Below are positions 44,380-54,252 of a stretch of DNA of 64,000 nucleotides, one piece after another. A program made the position numbers and the translations under genes. The first letter of the stretch is position 1, and each line of letters opens with the position of its first letter. The DNA is from a phage. A model generated the notes under the pieces. That model was not told the origin of the DNA and did no database searches. It saw nothing but the letters and a program-made list of their open reading frames with translations. Location: sequence record NC_135729.1, one strand, 5' to 3'.

Positions 44380-46452
44380 TTATGAGAAGTCTGGCGGGAC
44401 AACATCCTCTACATACCCTTTCAGAGCAACCTGCCCCATATGAAGCACGGTAGAATCTCTAGCGGTAACAGTGATGCTGTCAGACATTACTTGCGGGTAT
44501 GCCCACACATACTGTTTTACCTCAGGGTATCTATACTCTATAGTTGCCATGTTTCCGCAAATACATCTCCATAAAAATTCTTGGTAATTCCTGGTTGGGT
44601 CGTAGCCATATACCGGAGCAAGCTCTTTACTAGGAACGAACCCTGCAAGGTATTGTATTTCAGACGGTTGCCAACCTAACTTAACGATAGGTATGTTTAC
44701 AGACTCTTTTGCCTTTTCAATACCTCCCTGCATCACCCAATCGTAGCACTCGGTGCAGAAGAAATCAAGAGCACCTGCTTCCTTTTTATATTGGTCAGCA
44801 AGGTTCAGCTTTTGCGTAAGCTCGGTTTCCATGATGGTTGGGAAAAACAGCAAAGCTGTCATCTGAGCTGATGCAGCGTGTGCCTTTATTGCCTTTGAAA
44901 TAGCCGCAATACGAGCGCCAAGCTTACCACGACAAAATGCTACATACTTGTCGTAAACACCGCCAGTTTTAGGATCGTCAATAGTCCCAATATCTAATGC
45001 ATACTCACCTGTCTCATCATAAAACGCCTGCTTTGTAGGGTAATCATAAATACAAGGTCTACGAGTATCGGTATTGTACCACCACCACGGTTCACCAACC
45101 TGCATAATCACTGGCAGGTTGTTTCTCATAGCGGCTGATGCAAAATTCTTAAATACTGCAGTAAGGAAATTCATACCCTCTTCAATGGTTGGAGACAGGA
45201 GGTAGCTACAGGGTGTATACCCTGTTTTAGCGTAGTTATCGTTCCAGTCTCTTTGGGTCCATTCCAACGGGCAGGCATCGCTGAAAAGCTCAAAACTTAC
45301 AGATTGCATAACGTCGAAGTTATGTCGTTTGGCATTGTACATAAAATCATCATGCCATTTATAAGCTGCAGCGTTTAGCGCCCCTGTTCTGTTTATAGAC
45401 CATTGGGTTCCTGACCATGTGTAGTCATAATAATGACTCATACCAACATAATGGTTTATGGTTCCGGTATAGCCCAGACGCTTGATATTGTTCAACACCC
45501 TTAAAGGAGATACGTTCCACATATCGTCATATGCGGTGCAGATCCCAACGTCGTGCTCTTTAACCTGAATATTGTTAAGTTGCATCATTTTCCAGCCTGT
45601 GTCTGGCTGAAGCAGATCTAGGCGCAACTCACACTCTACATTTTCCGTTCTCGGGTCTGTGCTATTACTTACCCAGTCTTTAGGCATGAGTGGTATTAAA
45701 ATCCTTCTCACCTGCCGAGGATCAACACCCATCATGTTGTTGTTCTGGTCCATCCCGACGCAGTCCTCAAAATCAATATGAATTTCTGCAACATTCTTAT
45801 CCTCTGAGATGCTGACAGCATATTGAGCTAAAGGAACATAGATGATTGTGCCATCAACAAGGTCTACAGTCATAATCATCTTTTCAGGAGTGGAGAAGTT
45901 GCTGGCGTTGGTTATTGACATTCTGAACCAGAGCTTGGTGTTTCTCATCTCATAGTGATCATCAAACCCAATGCCGAAATGGTCATACTTGTCAACTGTT
46001 TCCCAAATACACCCAGCCATACCTCCATATGTTCTTGACACTAAACGGTTAATACAACAGTTGTTATCTGCAACAATACAGGTACTTTCAGTCTGCTGAG
46101 TAGTTGTAACCCAATACCTTGGGTGAAACATTCTCTCCTCAACAGTATCCCAAGATATCCTGTCAAGATTCTCATCTGAAACTATTGTACATTTCGCCCT
46201 TTGTGTTCCAATCATTACCCCTTGGGATTTTGATGAAAACTCCATAAAGAAGCTTCTTGGCAACCTGTTGGGTAATTTGTCAACAATTTCCACGGGGATC
46301 TCAATACTTGTTGCCCCAACTGGGATAGTTATATCGCCCTCAACATGATTATAATCCCTACCAGGAACGGCAGTATCCTGAACTGTTCGGTAATGAAACT
46401 GTGCAGCCATTGTAGAGTAATCACGGTAAGGTTTAAAAACAGCTGTTGCCAT
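44380..46452 (-). CDS. structural (baseplate/tail-associated) protein
   Basis: 690 aa; N-terminal Calx-beta-like segment (AVPGRDYNHVEGDITIPVGATSIEIPVEIVD); no catalytic motif recognised. Confidence 0.35.
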   Translation of the reverse strand: MATAVFKPYRDYSTMAAQFHYRTVQDTAVPGRDYNHVEGDITIPVGATSIEIPVEIVDKLPNRLPRSFFMEFSSKSQGVMIGTQRAKCTIVSDENLDRISWDTVEERMFHPRYWVTTTQQTESTCIVADNNCCINRLVSRTYGGMAGCIWETVDKYDHFGIGFDDHYEMRNTKLWFRMSITNASNFSTPEKMIMTVDLVDGTIIYVPLAQYAVSISEDKNVAEIHIDFEDCVGMDQNNNMMGVDPRQVRRILIPLMPKDWVSNSTDPRTENVECELRLDLLQPDTGWKMMQLNNIQVKEHDVGICTAYDDMWNVSPLRVLNNIKRLGYTGTINHYVGMSHYYDYTWSGTQWSINRTGALNAAAYKWHDDFMYNAKRHNFDVMQSVSFELFSDACPLEWTQRDWNDNYAKTGYTPCSYLLSPTIEEGMNFLTAVFKNFASAAMRNNLPVIMQVGEPWWWYNTDTRRPCIYDYPTKQAFYDETGEYALDIGTIDDPKTGGVYDKYVAFCRGKLGARIAAISKAIKAHAASAQMTALLFFPTIMETELTQKLNLADQYKKEAGALDFFCTECYDWVMQGGIEKAKESVNIPIVKLGWQPSEIQYLAGFVPSKELAPVYGYDPTRNYQEFLWRCICGNMATIEYRYPEVKQYVWAYPQVMSDSITVTARDSTVLHMGQVALKGYVEDVVPPDFS

Positions 46453-47138
46453 TAACCCTCCTGTCTAGTTGCGTTTACTGTAATACTTTCACAATAAATG
46501 GTTGTGGTGTCCCAATCAGGTCTTACGTCAGGAACATATAGCAAAGTAGCCAGCCCACCAACTCCGAATTGGATTTCTTCCCACACTGATCCGAAGCCAA
46601 GAGCTGTAGAGTCCCCTTCAAAACCAAAAGCTTGCCCTTGCGATTCTGTAAGACGCAAATGACAAGGTAATGGTAGCATATCTAAGATCTGATCGATAGA
46701 CTGCAATATGTCAAAGCAAGTTTTTCTAATATTTATGTCAAACCTGAAGTTGTCTCCTTTCCACGTATCGAAATTGTCTCTTCCGAACAATTGTCGCAAG
46801 GTGGAGATGACATCTTCTCGAGTCCCGCCCCTTGATGCTGCAGCCTGCTGAATAATTAGTGTGGCACGAAAATCAGCATCTGAAAGTCCATTCCTAAGAA
46901 TACCAAGCTGATTACCAACTTCGTCAAGGTATCTTCCGCTGGCATTGTTAAGCAATCTTCCTTCAGCCAAACCTACCAGCATCTTATCAACATCCTCCAA
47001 CCTTTTAAGGTACACGGTTAAGAATGTGACTAAATTAACCTTCTCAGCCAGAAAATCTCCAGGCAGGTAGTCAAGACCTCCCTGAACAAAATCTGGCAGA
47101 GTGTGGATGTGGTTAACATCCGACTTAATCTCTGCCAT
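46452..47138 (-). CDS. baseplate/tail-associated protein (positional)
   Basis: 228 aa, directly downstream of the baseplate J-like gene with 1-nt overlap. Confidence 0.3.
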   Translation of the reverse strand: MAEIKSDVNHIHTLPDFVQGGLDYLPGDFLAEKVNLVTFLTVYLKRLEDVDKMLVGLAEGRLLNNASGRYLDEVGNQLGILRNGLSDADFRATLIIQQAAASRGGTREDVISTLRQLFGRDNFDTWKGDNFRFDINIRKTCFDILQSIDQILDMLPLPCHLRLTESQGQAFGFEGDSTALGFGSVWEEIQFGVGGLATLLYVPDVRPDWDTTTIYCESITVNATRQEG

Positions 47139-47149
47139 ATCTCGCCGCC

Positions 47150-48640
47150 TTAAATAGTTTGTTGGAAAGTTATATTACTTTCGTCGAGGTCAAACACCTC
47201 GGTCATGTTCGCAACAATATCGTTTGTAGTGTAAGCTTCATCAGAAGCTCCTACTGGTTTAACTTGAATTACCAGTCTATTAAATCTGCCTATTGACACA
47301 GCAGCAGATGCAGCACCGACCAATTGGATATTGTACAACGTATCTGCAACATCCAGTCCGTTAACAACCTGTAAAAGAGCCTCTACAATGGCATCTTTTT
47401 CGGTTGTGGAAAGCGCAGCACCGGAATAGGTAATTCTTACATCTAGGCGGTAGGTATTCGCCTTGGAGTAATAAATTCTTTCAGTTTGACCGTCAGATGT
47501 AGTGACATCGTAGAAAATATTACCATAAGTCCTGTTCGTACAGGCTATAGTTTGGTAAAGTGCTTGGCAAATGTCCTCCGTTGCACCACCAAACACAACC
47601 ACTTGGAACTTGTAAGGAGGTATACCTTTAGCATCAGTTTTATCAGTGTTGTTGGAGAACACTCTCACTTTCTCAACACCTTTCACCTCGCTTACAGCGC
47701 TAAGGATTGCAGGACGGGTAGCCTTCGATGTTAACTGTTTTGTGCTGGAAGCTCTTAAGCGATACTCGGAATCTTTCTCAACATCCCTGCCCTCGTTGAA
47801 TCTTTCTCGGTTGGTAAGCTTGATAAATCCGCTGGGAGTAGGTGACATTGTTGTCACGGTCTCTGCCTCTCTTGACAGCTCACCAGCCTCGTTAGCTATA
47901 ACATCTAGGGTGATAGTTCTTTCCCCTACAATCGGGGATACTCTGAAATCTACCCTACTATTAAGTCCAACTTGATCAAGATTCGAATTGTACCCTATCC
48001 ACAACGTTCCTGTCAACATATCGATCTGAATCAAATCGTCGTTCAACAGGGTTGTATTATCGACAATGAACTGCTTAATCTCTCCGTAAAAGCTTGGCAG
48101 ATCAGAAGAGTCCAGAGACTTATCTGTTAAAACCAGACTTTTTGTTTTGATACTTCCATCTGTCTGGTTGGTGATTTGAAAGTTGTATTTACCAATCCTT
48201 AGGTCTGGAGCATTTATTCTGTGGGCAATAAGATTCCCTGCCACCTGCACATCATTGCTAAGAACAAAGTTGCCACTATCCAGCGTATAAGTTTTGGAAT
48301 CATAAATCATATTGTACGGCACAGTTGTGTTGATTGTCAACTGGCAGGTACCTGATGATTTAGAACGGCCTCTTCGGTAAATACCCTGTCTTCCAAGAAG
48401 CTCATCCAGGTAAATACCTTCTGCCCCATACAGCGTCTGTGATGCGTATACAGATGCTGCCATAAGAATAAGTTGATACTCTCGCTCGTTGAAGATAGTG
48501 GTCAGCTTATCTGCAACGGAGTTACTCTGTACGTTGAAGTTTTCGCCAAAAGCACGGATCAGGCTTTGCTTAGTTTCAACGATTAGGTCATTTAGGGTTG
48601 GTATAACGAAACCAGCCTCTGTCAATCCATACTTAGCCAC
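47150..48640 (-). CDS. baseplate J-like (wedge) protein
   Basis: N-terminal FVIPTLNDLIVETKQSLIRAFG and YLDELLGRQGIYRRGRSKSSG resemble the Baseplate_J family signature (P.L.ELI ... LD.L..G..R....G). Confidence 0.45.
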   Translation of the reverse strand: MAKYGLTEAGFVIPTLNDLIVETKQSLIRAFGENFNVQSNSVADKLTTIFNEREYQLILMAASVYASQTLYGAEGIYLDELLGRQGIYRRGRSKSSGTCQLTINTTVPYNMIYDSKTYTLDSGNFVLSNDVQVAGNLIAHRINAPDLRIGKYNFQITNQTDGSIKTKSLVLTDKSLDSSDLPSFYGEIKQFIVDNTTLLNDDLIQIDMLTGTLWIGYNSNLDQVGLNSRVDFRVSPIVGERTITLDVIANEAGELSREAETVTTMSPTPSGFIKLTNRERFNEGRDVEKDSEYRLRASSTKQLTSKATRPAILSAVSEVKGVEKVRVFSNNTDKTDAKGIPPYKFQVVVFGGATEDICQALYQTIACTNRTYGNIFYDVTTSDGQTERIYYSKANTYRLDVRITYSGAALSTTEKDAIVEALLQVVNGLDVADTLYNIQLVGAASAAVSIGRFNRLVIQVKPVGASDEAYTTNDIVANMTEVFDLDESNITFQQTI

Positions 48641-48673
48641 GTCACTCCTCCGGTATGAAAATCTCTACAAGGT

Positions 48674-48702
48674 ATTTTACCAAATTTTGTAACAATAGTC
48701 AA
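48674..48702 (-). promoter_or_regulatory. sigma70-like promoter with extended -10
   Basis: minus strand TTGACT - 17 nt - TGG-TAAAAT; directly follows the terminator at 48709-48738. Confidence 0.45.
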
Positions 48703-48708
48703 TCTGAG

Positions 48709-48738
48709 CATAAAAATAAACCCCGCCGAAGCGGGGCT
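48709..48738 (-). terminator. rho-independent terminator
   Basis: minus-strand CCCCGC-TTCG-GCGGGG hairpin followed by TTTATTTTTA. Confidence 0.7.
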
Positions 48739-48745
48739 TTAAAGG

Positions 48746-51700
48746 TTAGTCGTGAGACTCGTTCCAAGGTCCCTGGAAGCTTGAGTTAGAACGACTAACG
48801 ATCACAGTGGGACAGGAGATTGTGACACCTGTCACGTTCGACGTTGACCACGGTGTGTAAATCTCGATAACAATGTCTATAGTTTGTTCACCCAGACCTG
48901 TTATCCCTACCGCACACATACCGTTGTTGTCGTTAAAATACTTCTTGCCAGCAAGGATCTGATGACCAGCTATCCATGCATTCAGTTGGGAGCCGGCAAG
49001 AGTACCATTCAGTTTAAAGAAGAATGTTACGTTCTTACCCTGACCTGAAACGTTATCTACGTATCTCCACCTCCAACGGCAAACCCTTTGCCGGGAGTTA
49101 TATACTGGAGCACAATCTCCGTAAGTCCTGTGTGCAACAATTGCACCTTCGAACTGGTTAGCGCGGATAACAGAAGCTTCTACACGACCACGGAAGGTAC
49201 CTCCGGTTGCATCTATGGTGCCTCTAAAGCTGCCATTATTGGCATAAACATCTCCACGGAAGGTACCACTAGTGGCGTTAACTGCCCCTGTGAAGTTACC
49301 AGAACTGGCGTTGATGTTGCCTTTCACCCACACATCCATAAATTGGGCGTGCCCGTTCTTATTAATATACCAACCGTATTTATGGTACCCGTTGCCATCG
49401 TAGTTGTTTGACGAAATTTCTTGTGCGATCTTGGCAGAGGAGATCGTGCCATTCTCTATAAAAGCGTCTTTCAAGAACGCTTGGTTGTTCTTGATTGCGA
49501 AAGCAAGGGTTGCTGTTCCATTTCCTGGGTTGTATACCGCAAAATTGTTTGCACTAACCATGAAGTAGGATTGAACTTGGCCCCCAGACCCTTCCATCCC
49601 CAGCTGGATACCTGCAACATATTTATTCCCTGCGGAGTCTACCTGTATTTTTGTGCCCCATTGAGCATTTACTTTACCCTCTAAGTCGGTTACAGCCTTA
49701 GATGTTGTAGCTACTGCAGCCCTGATCTCAGACACATCCCCAACATCATCAATGATCTCCTGCTTAGCAACAGCAAGTTCTTGACGAATAGCTGACGCTG
49801 TGCCGTTGATAAGGTCCACAGCGGCTTTGTTGGTATCGGAAATTGTAGCATCCAGCGCTGTTTTTGTGGAGGTCAGTTTTCCATCCAAAGCATCAATCGC
49901 TTGCTTGTTGGTAGAAATCTCCCCACGTGCAGAAGTTATCTGCTCTGACAGTGCAGATGTTTTCTGATTCAGCAGGTCAGTGGTGGCCTTGTTGGTATTG
50001 GCAATCAAGGTGTTGAGGTCAGTTTTTGCGGTAGTTATCTTTCCGTCAAGGGTGGTATAGTTTTTAGATACCGTCGCGTTTGTCTGACTAATCTTTTGAT
50101 CCAGAGTTTCAGATGTCCTGTTCAAAAGATCCACAGTGGCTTGGTTGGTGCTCAAGATGCTTGCGTCAAGTTCTGTTCTCTGAGTATTGATCTTACCATC
50201 TAGAGTTTTATCTCCGGCTAAATACCCGCTCTCAACTCCCTCTATCTGCTCTACCAGTTCACCTTTGGCGGCAACCAATTTCTCATCTAAAGCCTCTGTC
50301 TTTTTGTTCAGAAGATCAGTAGTTGCTTTATTGGTTGTCTCAATCAGAGATGCCAATCTTCCACTTTCAGTGTTCAGATCGTTGGTGAACTTGTTCTGTG
50401 CAGCAACAAGTTTCCTATCCAGCGCTGTGATATTGCCATTGACATCCTCAAACTTCTGAGTTGTCTCTGTAACTACCGCACCTATTCTGTCTCCAAGTTG
50501 CTGGAATGCCTCATCTACCCTACCATCCATGTATTTATTAAGCTCTGTGACACGATTTTCAACCTCTTCAATAGAGGAATCCAAAGTGCTCATCAACTCT
50601 TTATAAGTTTCTGTCTTTTTGAATTCAGCATCTATCTGAGGCATCAAATCCTCGATAGAGGTGTAGCAGCGTGCAGCGCATTCTACAAACTGAGAGCTAC
50701 CAAAAGCGTTTGTGGTTCGAATATACCAATAATAAACCTTATCGTTCTGCAGGCCTTCAGATGTCCAAGTTGAACCAACACCCATACGGGTGGCTTTTGA
50801 AGTAACGGTTGCATCACTGGTATCTGGCAATCTTGTCATCCCAGATGTCCAAAAGTCATATTGGGTGCTTACACTGGCCAAGTCTCTGCTGTGCGGGATC
50901 AGGGTAATAGCAAAGTATCCCTGTTTAACTTCTACAGAAACCGGAGCCTCAGGTGCCTGAATGTTAAACTCACAGTATGCTTCTGGAGATACACCACCTT
51001 TATAAGATGTTGCAACAACAGTGGCTGTGTAGGAACCTTTAGTCAGACCTTCAACACGGACAAACTGCTCAACTGTCTGCGCTGTCCAGACAATCTCTCC
51101 GTTTTTCCTGACCTGCACAATGTTTTGAGCATAAGTCCCAACGTTGTCCCAAGCCAAAACACCGTGAGTTACTTCTCCAGCTTGGAGAACGGAATATCTG
51201 AAGTTTTGCGGTTGAGCTACACCAGATGGAGATATCGGAATATCTACATCGCCAGAATCCGGAAGTTGCCCTGTGGCATCATTCCACTCTTTAGCATCTT
51301 GACGAAGTTTTACCTTGACACCACCCTTTTTGGTAAACTCCCATTCAAGAACTCTCATTTCTTGGCCCACTATACCAATACTTGGGAGGTCCATTGTAAC
51401 GTAACGACCAGGTTTAAATTTGAAACCTCGCATATTGCAGGTGACTTCAATAATCCTGCCAGCTCTGGCACGTCTTAGGAAGATTGCAGAAACACGTTGA
51501 GCTTGATAAGGACTGGTAACAAAGCGATAGTCTATATCGATTATCTTTCTTTCTCCATCCTTCTCTATCCACTCTGGGACAAACACTGATGGAAAATCTG
51601 TTTCAGAATACCCTTTGGTCGGACTAGTGAATCTGCCAGTTATTGTGTTGGATCTTTTGTCAAATGAGGCTTCCGGATAGATCTTGACCTCACCACAGAC

Positions 51701-52585
51701 ACAATCCTCACTCAGTGTCATTGTTGCCGGGCCATAGTATGCACCAACCAACAAACCATACTTACCAGCTACATAACTAAGATCTGCACCGCAAGCTTTC
51801 AGCATTTCTGCCATAATACTTGCTGGGGCCTCATCCATGTCAAACTCACCGTTAATGGTGTAACGGCGCTCACTGGTTCCGTCTGCGTTTTTTACCGCCT
51901 CGTCGCATATGTTGGCAGCCTCCTTGAAGGACTCCCAGTTGATGGTTTCGTCAGGACATTTAAGGTACGTTCTTAAATAGTCTAGGATCACCAAGGCAGC
52001 GTTATTGGTGTACACCTCTTTACTGATACGAGGATCATAGCATTTTTTACCAATCTTGACGAGTGTAACGTTTGGCAACCCAAAAGGAAACTTGTTAGGG
52101 TCAAACCTGAAGCTGGCACGTAGCCAACTGATCCCTCTACCTATCATGTCAGGTGACCATGATGGGCAGTGTGTACCCATGAAAGGATCAGATGTTTTTC
52201 TGTCGTTATGTAGCTCCCACGATACCAGATCTCCATACGAGGAAATAGGATTACCGTCGATAAGTATATCTTCTATACCTTCCAGAGGGTGATTGGCAAG
52301 AACAATAGCACAATGGAGGGTTCTGTCGCTATCCTGCTCCAAAAACGCAAGCAATCCAGATGTGCGTGTCTTCCCATACACTACAGAGCAAGGTGCAGCA
52401 GAAGATCTGAGAAGATTTTGTCTATCTTGCTGACTTCTGTAAGATTTGTTGCCCTCAAAAATCTTATCCAAAGTTCTGGTGGTCACAGTGTTCAGGCTGT
52501 CAGCCAGAGCTGCCTTGGATGCGTTCCAGTCATAACTTGAAGATCTTGCAGAAGCAACGATGTTATCAATCATTGCAATTGGCAT
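48746..52585 (-). CDS. host-specificity / central tail fibre protein with lambda gpJ-like FN3 and distal regions
   Basis: GYFAITLIPHS and YYWYIRTTNAFGSSQFVE vs lambda J GYFQITATPH and YYFYIRSVNTVGKSAFVE; NKYVAGIQLGMEG...FMVSANNFAVYNPGNG vs KHYVAGIGLSMED...FLVAANRIAFIDPANG; central repeat array (TDLLN-containing heptad-like units). Confidence 0.65.
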   Translation of the reverse strand: MPIAMIDNIVASARSSSYDWNASKAALADSLNTVTTRTLDKIFEGNKSYRSQQDRQNLLRSSAAPCSVVYGKTRTSGLLAFLEQDSDRTLHCAIVLANHPLEGIEDILIDGNPISSYGDLVSWELHNDRKTSDPFMGTHCPSWSPDMIGRGISWLRASFRFDPNKFPFGLPNVTLVKIGKKCYDPRISKEVYTNNAALVILDYLRTYLKCPDETINWESFKEAANICDEAVKNADGTSERRYTINGEFDMDEAPASIMAEMLKACGADLSYVAGKYGLLVGAYYGPATMTLSEDCVCGEVKIYPEASFDKRSNTITGRFTSPTKGYSETDFPSVFVPEWIEKDGERKIIDIDYRFVTSPYQAQRVSAIFLRRARAGRIIEVTCNMRGFKFKPGRYVTMDLPSIGIVGQEMRVLEWEFTKKGGVKVKLRQDAKEWNDATGQLPDSGDVDIPISPSGVAQPQNFRYSVLQAGEVTHGVLAWDNVGTYAQNIVQVRKNGEIVWTAQTVEQFVRVEGLTKGSYTATVVATSYKGGVSPEAYCEFNIQAPEAPVSVEVKQGYFAITLIPHSRDLASVSTQYDFWTSGMTRLPDTSDATVTSKATRMGVGSTWTSEGLQNDKVYYWYIRTTNAFGSSQFVECAARCYTSIEDLMPQIDAEFKKTETYKELMSTLDSSIEEVENRVTELNKYMDGRVDEAFQQLGDRIGAVVTETTQKFEDVNGNITALDRKLVAAQNKFTNDLNTESGRLASLIETTNKATTDLLNKKTEALDEKLVAAKGELVEQIEGVESGYLAGDKTLDGKINTQRTELDASILSTNQATVDLLNRTSETLDQKISQTNATVSKNYTTLDGKITTAKTDLNTLIANTNKATTDLLNQKTSALSEQITSARGEISTNKQAIDALDGKLTSTKTALDATISDTNKAAVDLINGTASAIRQELAVAKQEIIDDVGDVSEIRAAVATTSKAVTDLEGKVNAQWGTKIQVDSAGNKYVAGIQLGMEGSGGQVQSYFMVSANNFAVYNPGNGTATLAFAIKNNQAFLKDAFIENGTISSAKIAQEISSNNYDGNGYHKYGWYINKNGHAQFMDVWVKGNINASSGNFTGAVNATSGTFRGDVYANNGSFRGTIDATGGTFRGRVEASVIRANQFEGAIVAHRTYGDCAPVYNSRQRVCRWRWRYVDNVSGQGKNVTFFFKLNGTLAGSQLNAWIAGHQILAGKKYFNDNNGMCAVGITGLGEQTIDIVIEIYTPWSTSNVTGVTISCPTVIVSRSNSSFQGPWNESHD

Positions 52586-53022
52586 TAATACCTCCAGACA
52601 TCAACAACGATAGAATCTTTCATGTCGAACATAAAGACCCCTTTATCACCTTTCGCCCAAATCTGGTTGTTCCAGAACACACCAGCGGTGAGCCCGTTCA
52701 GACCTTCGAAAATAACAATATCGCCACGCTGAACCTGTTTAGGAGTATCCAGTCGAGTCATAAAGAGATCAAAAATAGTAGGCAGGTGTGTAGTTTTGAA
52801 ACGAAGCATGCACCATCTTTTGCTTTCCAACTCTGTTTTATACGTTCCTTCGAAGTTGGAAAGAAAATCTGTTCCGTATTGGGCATCAACACACTTAGCC
52901 GCAAAGGTGCAACAATCGTGGAATCCCCATTCAAAAGGTATGGTGGCCTCTTCGTCAAACACTTTCCACAATCTTTCTTGCCAATCCACTAAACGAGGGT
53001 GTGTGCTCATTAAACCTCCCAA
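52585..53022 (-). CDS. tail assembly protein, NlpC/P60-like (gpK-like) candidate
   Basis: GFHDCCTF (Cys motif) and RGDIVIFEG resemble NlpC/P60 DCS and GDLVYF; no clear catalytic His seen. Confidence 0.3.
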   Translation of the reverse strand: MGGLMSTHPRLVDWQERLWKVFDEEATIPFEWGFHDCCTFAAKCVDAQYGTDFLSNFEGTYKTELESKRWCMLRFKTTHLPTIFDLFMTRLDTPKQVQRGDIVIFEGLNGLTAGVFWNNQIWAKGDKGVFMFDMKDSIVVDVWRY

Positions 53023-53576
53023 ATGATCGGGCGGCTCGCCACCTGATCCACATATTTAAAAAATCTGTCATTATCGTTTCTTGAGCTGTGGCTTTCCTCC
53101 GTGTACCGATAAGGAAAACCTCTTAACCAACTGTTGAAGATGGAAGAGATGGATATTGACAAAGCACTATTCTCACCTGTCTGAATAGCCATATCTGTTA
53201 TAAGGCCGTCAAACAAGCCATTAGTTGTGACAGGTAGACCATTCTCCATAGCGGTAATGTACAACGTGGCACGACAACCAGAATACTCCGTCTTCAGCAG
53301 ATCACCCACATACTTAGGATCAAACCCGTTCAATGTTGCTACCACAGATCCGAAGTTGGTGGCATCTTTCTCAGACACAGCAGTTAATGTTGCTGATCCC
53401 CCTATCCCTATAAAATGTTGCCCCTCAATTACTACAACACCAGTGCCTGAGCACACCCTGACAGTTCCTGTCGGTAGCTCCAGCTTTGCAGCAATTAAGA
53501 TCTCAACACCATCAAGCTCCAGCTTTTCAAGAAATAAATTATCTAATGGCGCTCTGATCATCTTAGAAATCCTCAA
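53010..53576 (-). CDS. tail protein (positional)
   Basis: 188 aa, overlaps neighbours by 13-14 nt in the tail operon. Confidence 0.3.
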   Translation of the reverse strand: MRISKMIRAPLDNLFLEKLELDGVEILIAAKLELPTGTVRVCSGTGVVVIEGQHFIGIGGSATLTAVSEKDATNFGSVVATLNGFDPKYVGDLLKTEYSGCRATLYITAMENGLPVTTNGLFDGLITDMAIQTGENSALSISISSIFNSWLRGFPYRYTEESHSSRNDNDRFFKYVDQVASRPIIWEV

Positions 53577-54153
53577 AGAAGTTGATAACTATATTATCAC
53601 CTTTTTGCATAGCATCGACTTTTTGCTTAATTTTATAAATATCTCTGATATGAAACCTACCCTTCGGGGATTGAGTTATTATCTTCATAGTGTCCCCTGC
53701 GGCAATAGGTTTTCTAAGTCTTGGAGATATGCTTATAACAGCAGACCCAACACCATCGCTACGCACTGGAGCTGTTACCACTTTCAATTCATCATTGACA
53801 GATATTTTATCCCCAGCTCTGGCTATGTCTCTGTTTGGCTCCCACCCAACCGTCTTCAAAAAATCGTCGTTACCAGTAGGCCCAAGGGCGATTGGCTCAT
53901 TAGCTGTAACTGAGTGACCGTAAGTTTTAATAAGAAAGATGTTTCCATCTTTATACACCTGATCAACAAAGCTCTTAAGCTCTAGCAACTGTGACTCGCT
54001 GATATTGGAAACCGTCAAAGTGCCTTTCCAGTTAGGTGTGGCATAGGTTACTTTTTGCGTTTTACCTGTAAACGGACTTTTAAACGTAACAATATCTGCC
54101 AGCAGCTCCAATCTAATATCTGGAAGGTATCTAGGCCTTTCCCATAAAAACAT
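53563..54153 (-). CDS. tail protein (positional)
   Basis: 196 aa, first gene after the promoter at 54185-54213. Confidence 0.3.
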   Translation of the reverse strand: MFLWERPRYLPDIRLELLADIVTFKSPFTGKTQKVTYATPNWKGTLTVSNISESQLLELKSFVDQVYKDGNIFLIKTYGHSVTANEPIALGPTGNDDFLKTVGWEPNRDIARAGDKISVNDELKVVTAPVRSDGVGSAVISISPRLRKPIAAGDTMKIITQSPKGRFHIRDIYKIKQKVDAMQKGDNIVINFFEDF

Positions 54154-54184
54154 TGTGCCTCCAGGTTAAACAATCATGATAGTT

Positions 54185-54213
54185 ATTTTACCAGATTTTG
54201 AGTTAATACGCAA
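54185..54213 (-). promoter_or_regulatory. sigma70-like promoter with extended -10
   Basis: minus strand TTGCGT - 17 nt - TGG-TAAAAT; same CAAAATYTGGTAAAATA block as at 48674-48690. Confidence 0.4.
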
Positions 54214-54245
54214 TACAAACAAAAAGCCCCCGCCGAAGCGAGGGC
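54214..54245 (-). terminator. rho-independent terminator
   Basis: minus-strand GCCCUCGC-UUCG-GCGGGGGC hairpin (one G.U pair) followed by TTTTTGTTTG. Confidence 0.65.
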
Positions 54246-54252
54246 AAAACAG

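Noticed and set aside
48746-52585. Assigning the phage to a lambda-like or siphovirus group on the basis of the J-like protein
   Set aside because: Only the FN3 and distal-fibre regions clearly match gpJ, and neighbouring genes look like contractile-tail baseplate components, so the taxonomic inference is unsafe
53227-53913. 228-aa plus-strand ORF
   Set aside because: Antisense to two tightly coupled minus-strand tail genes
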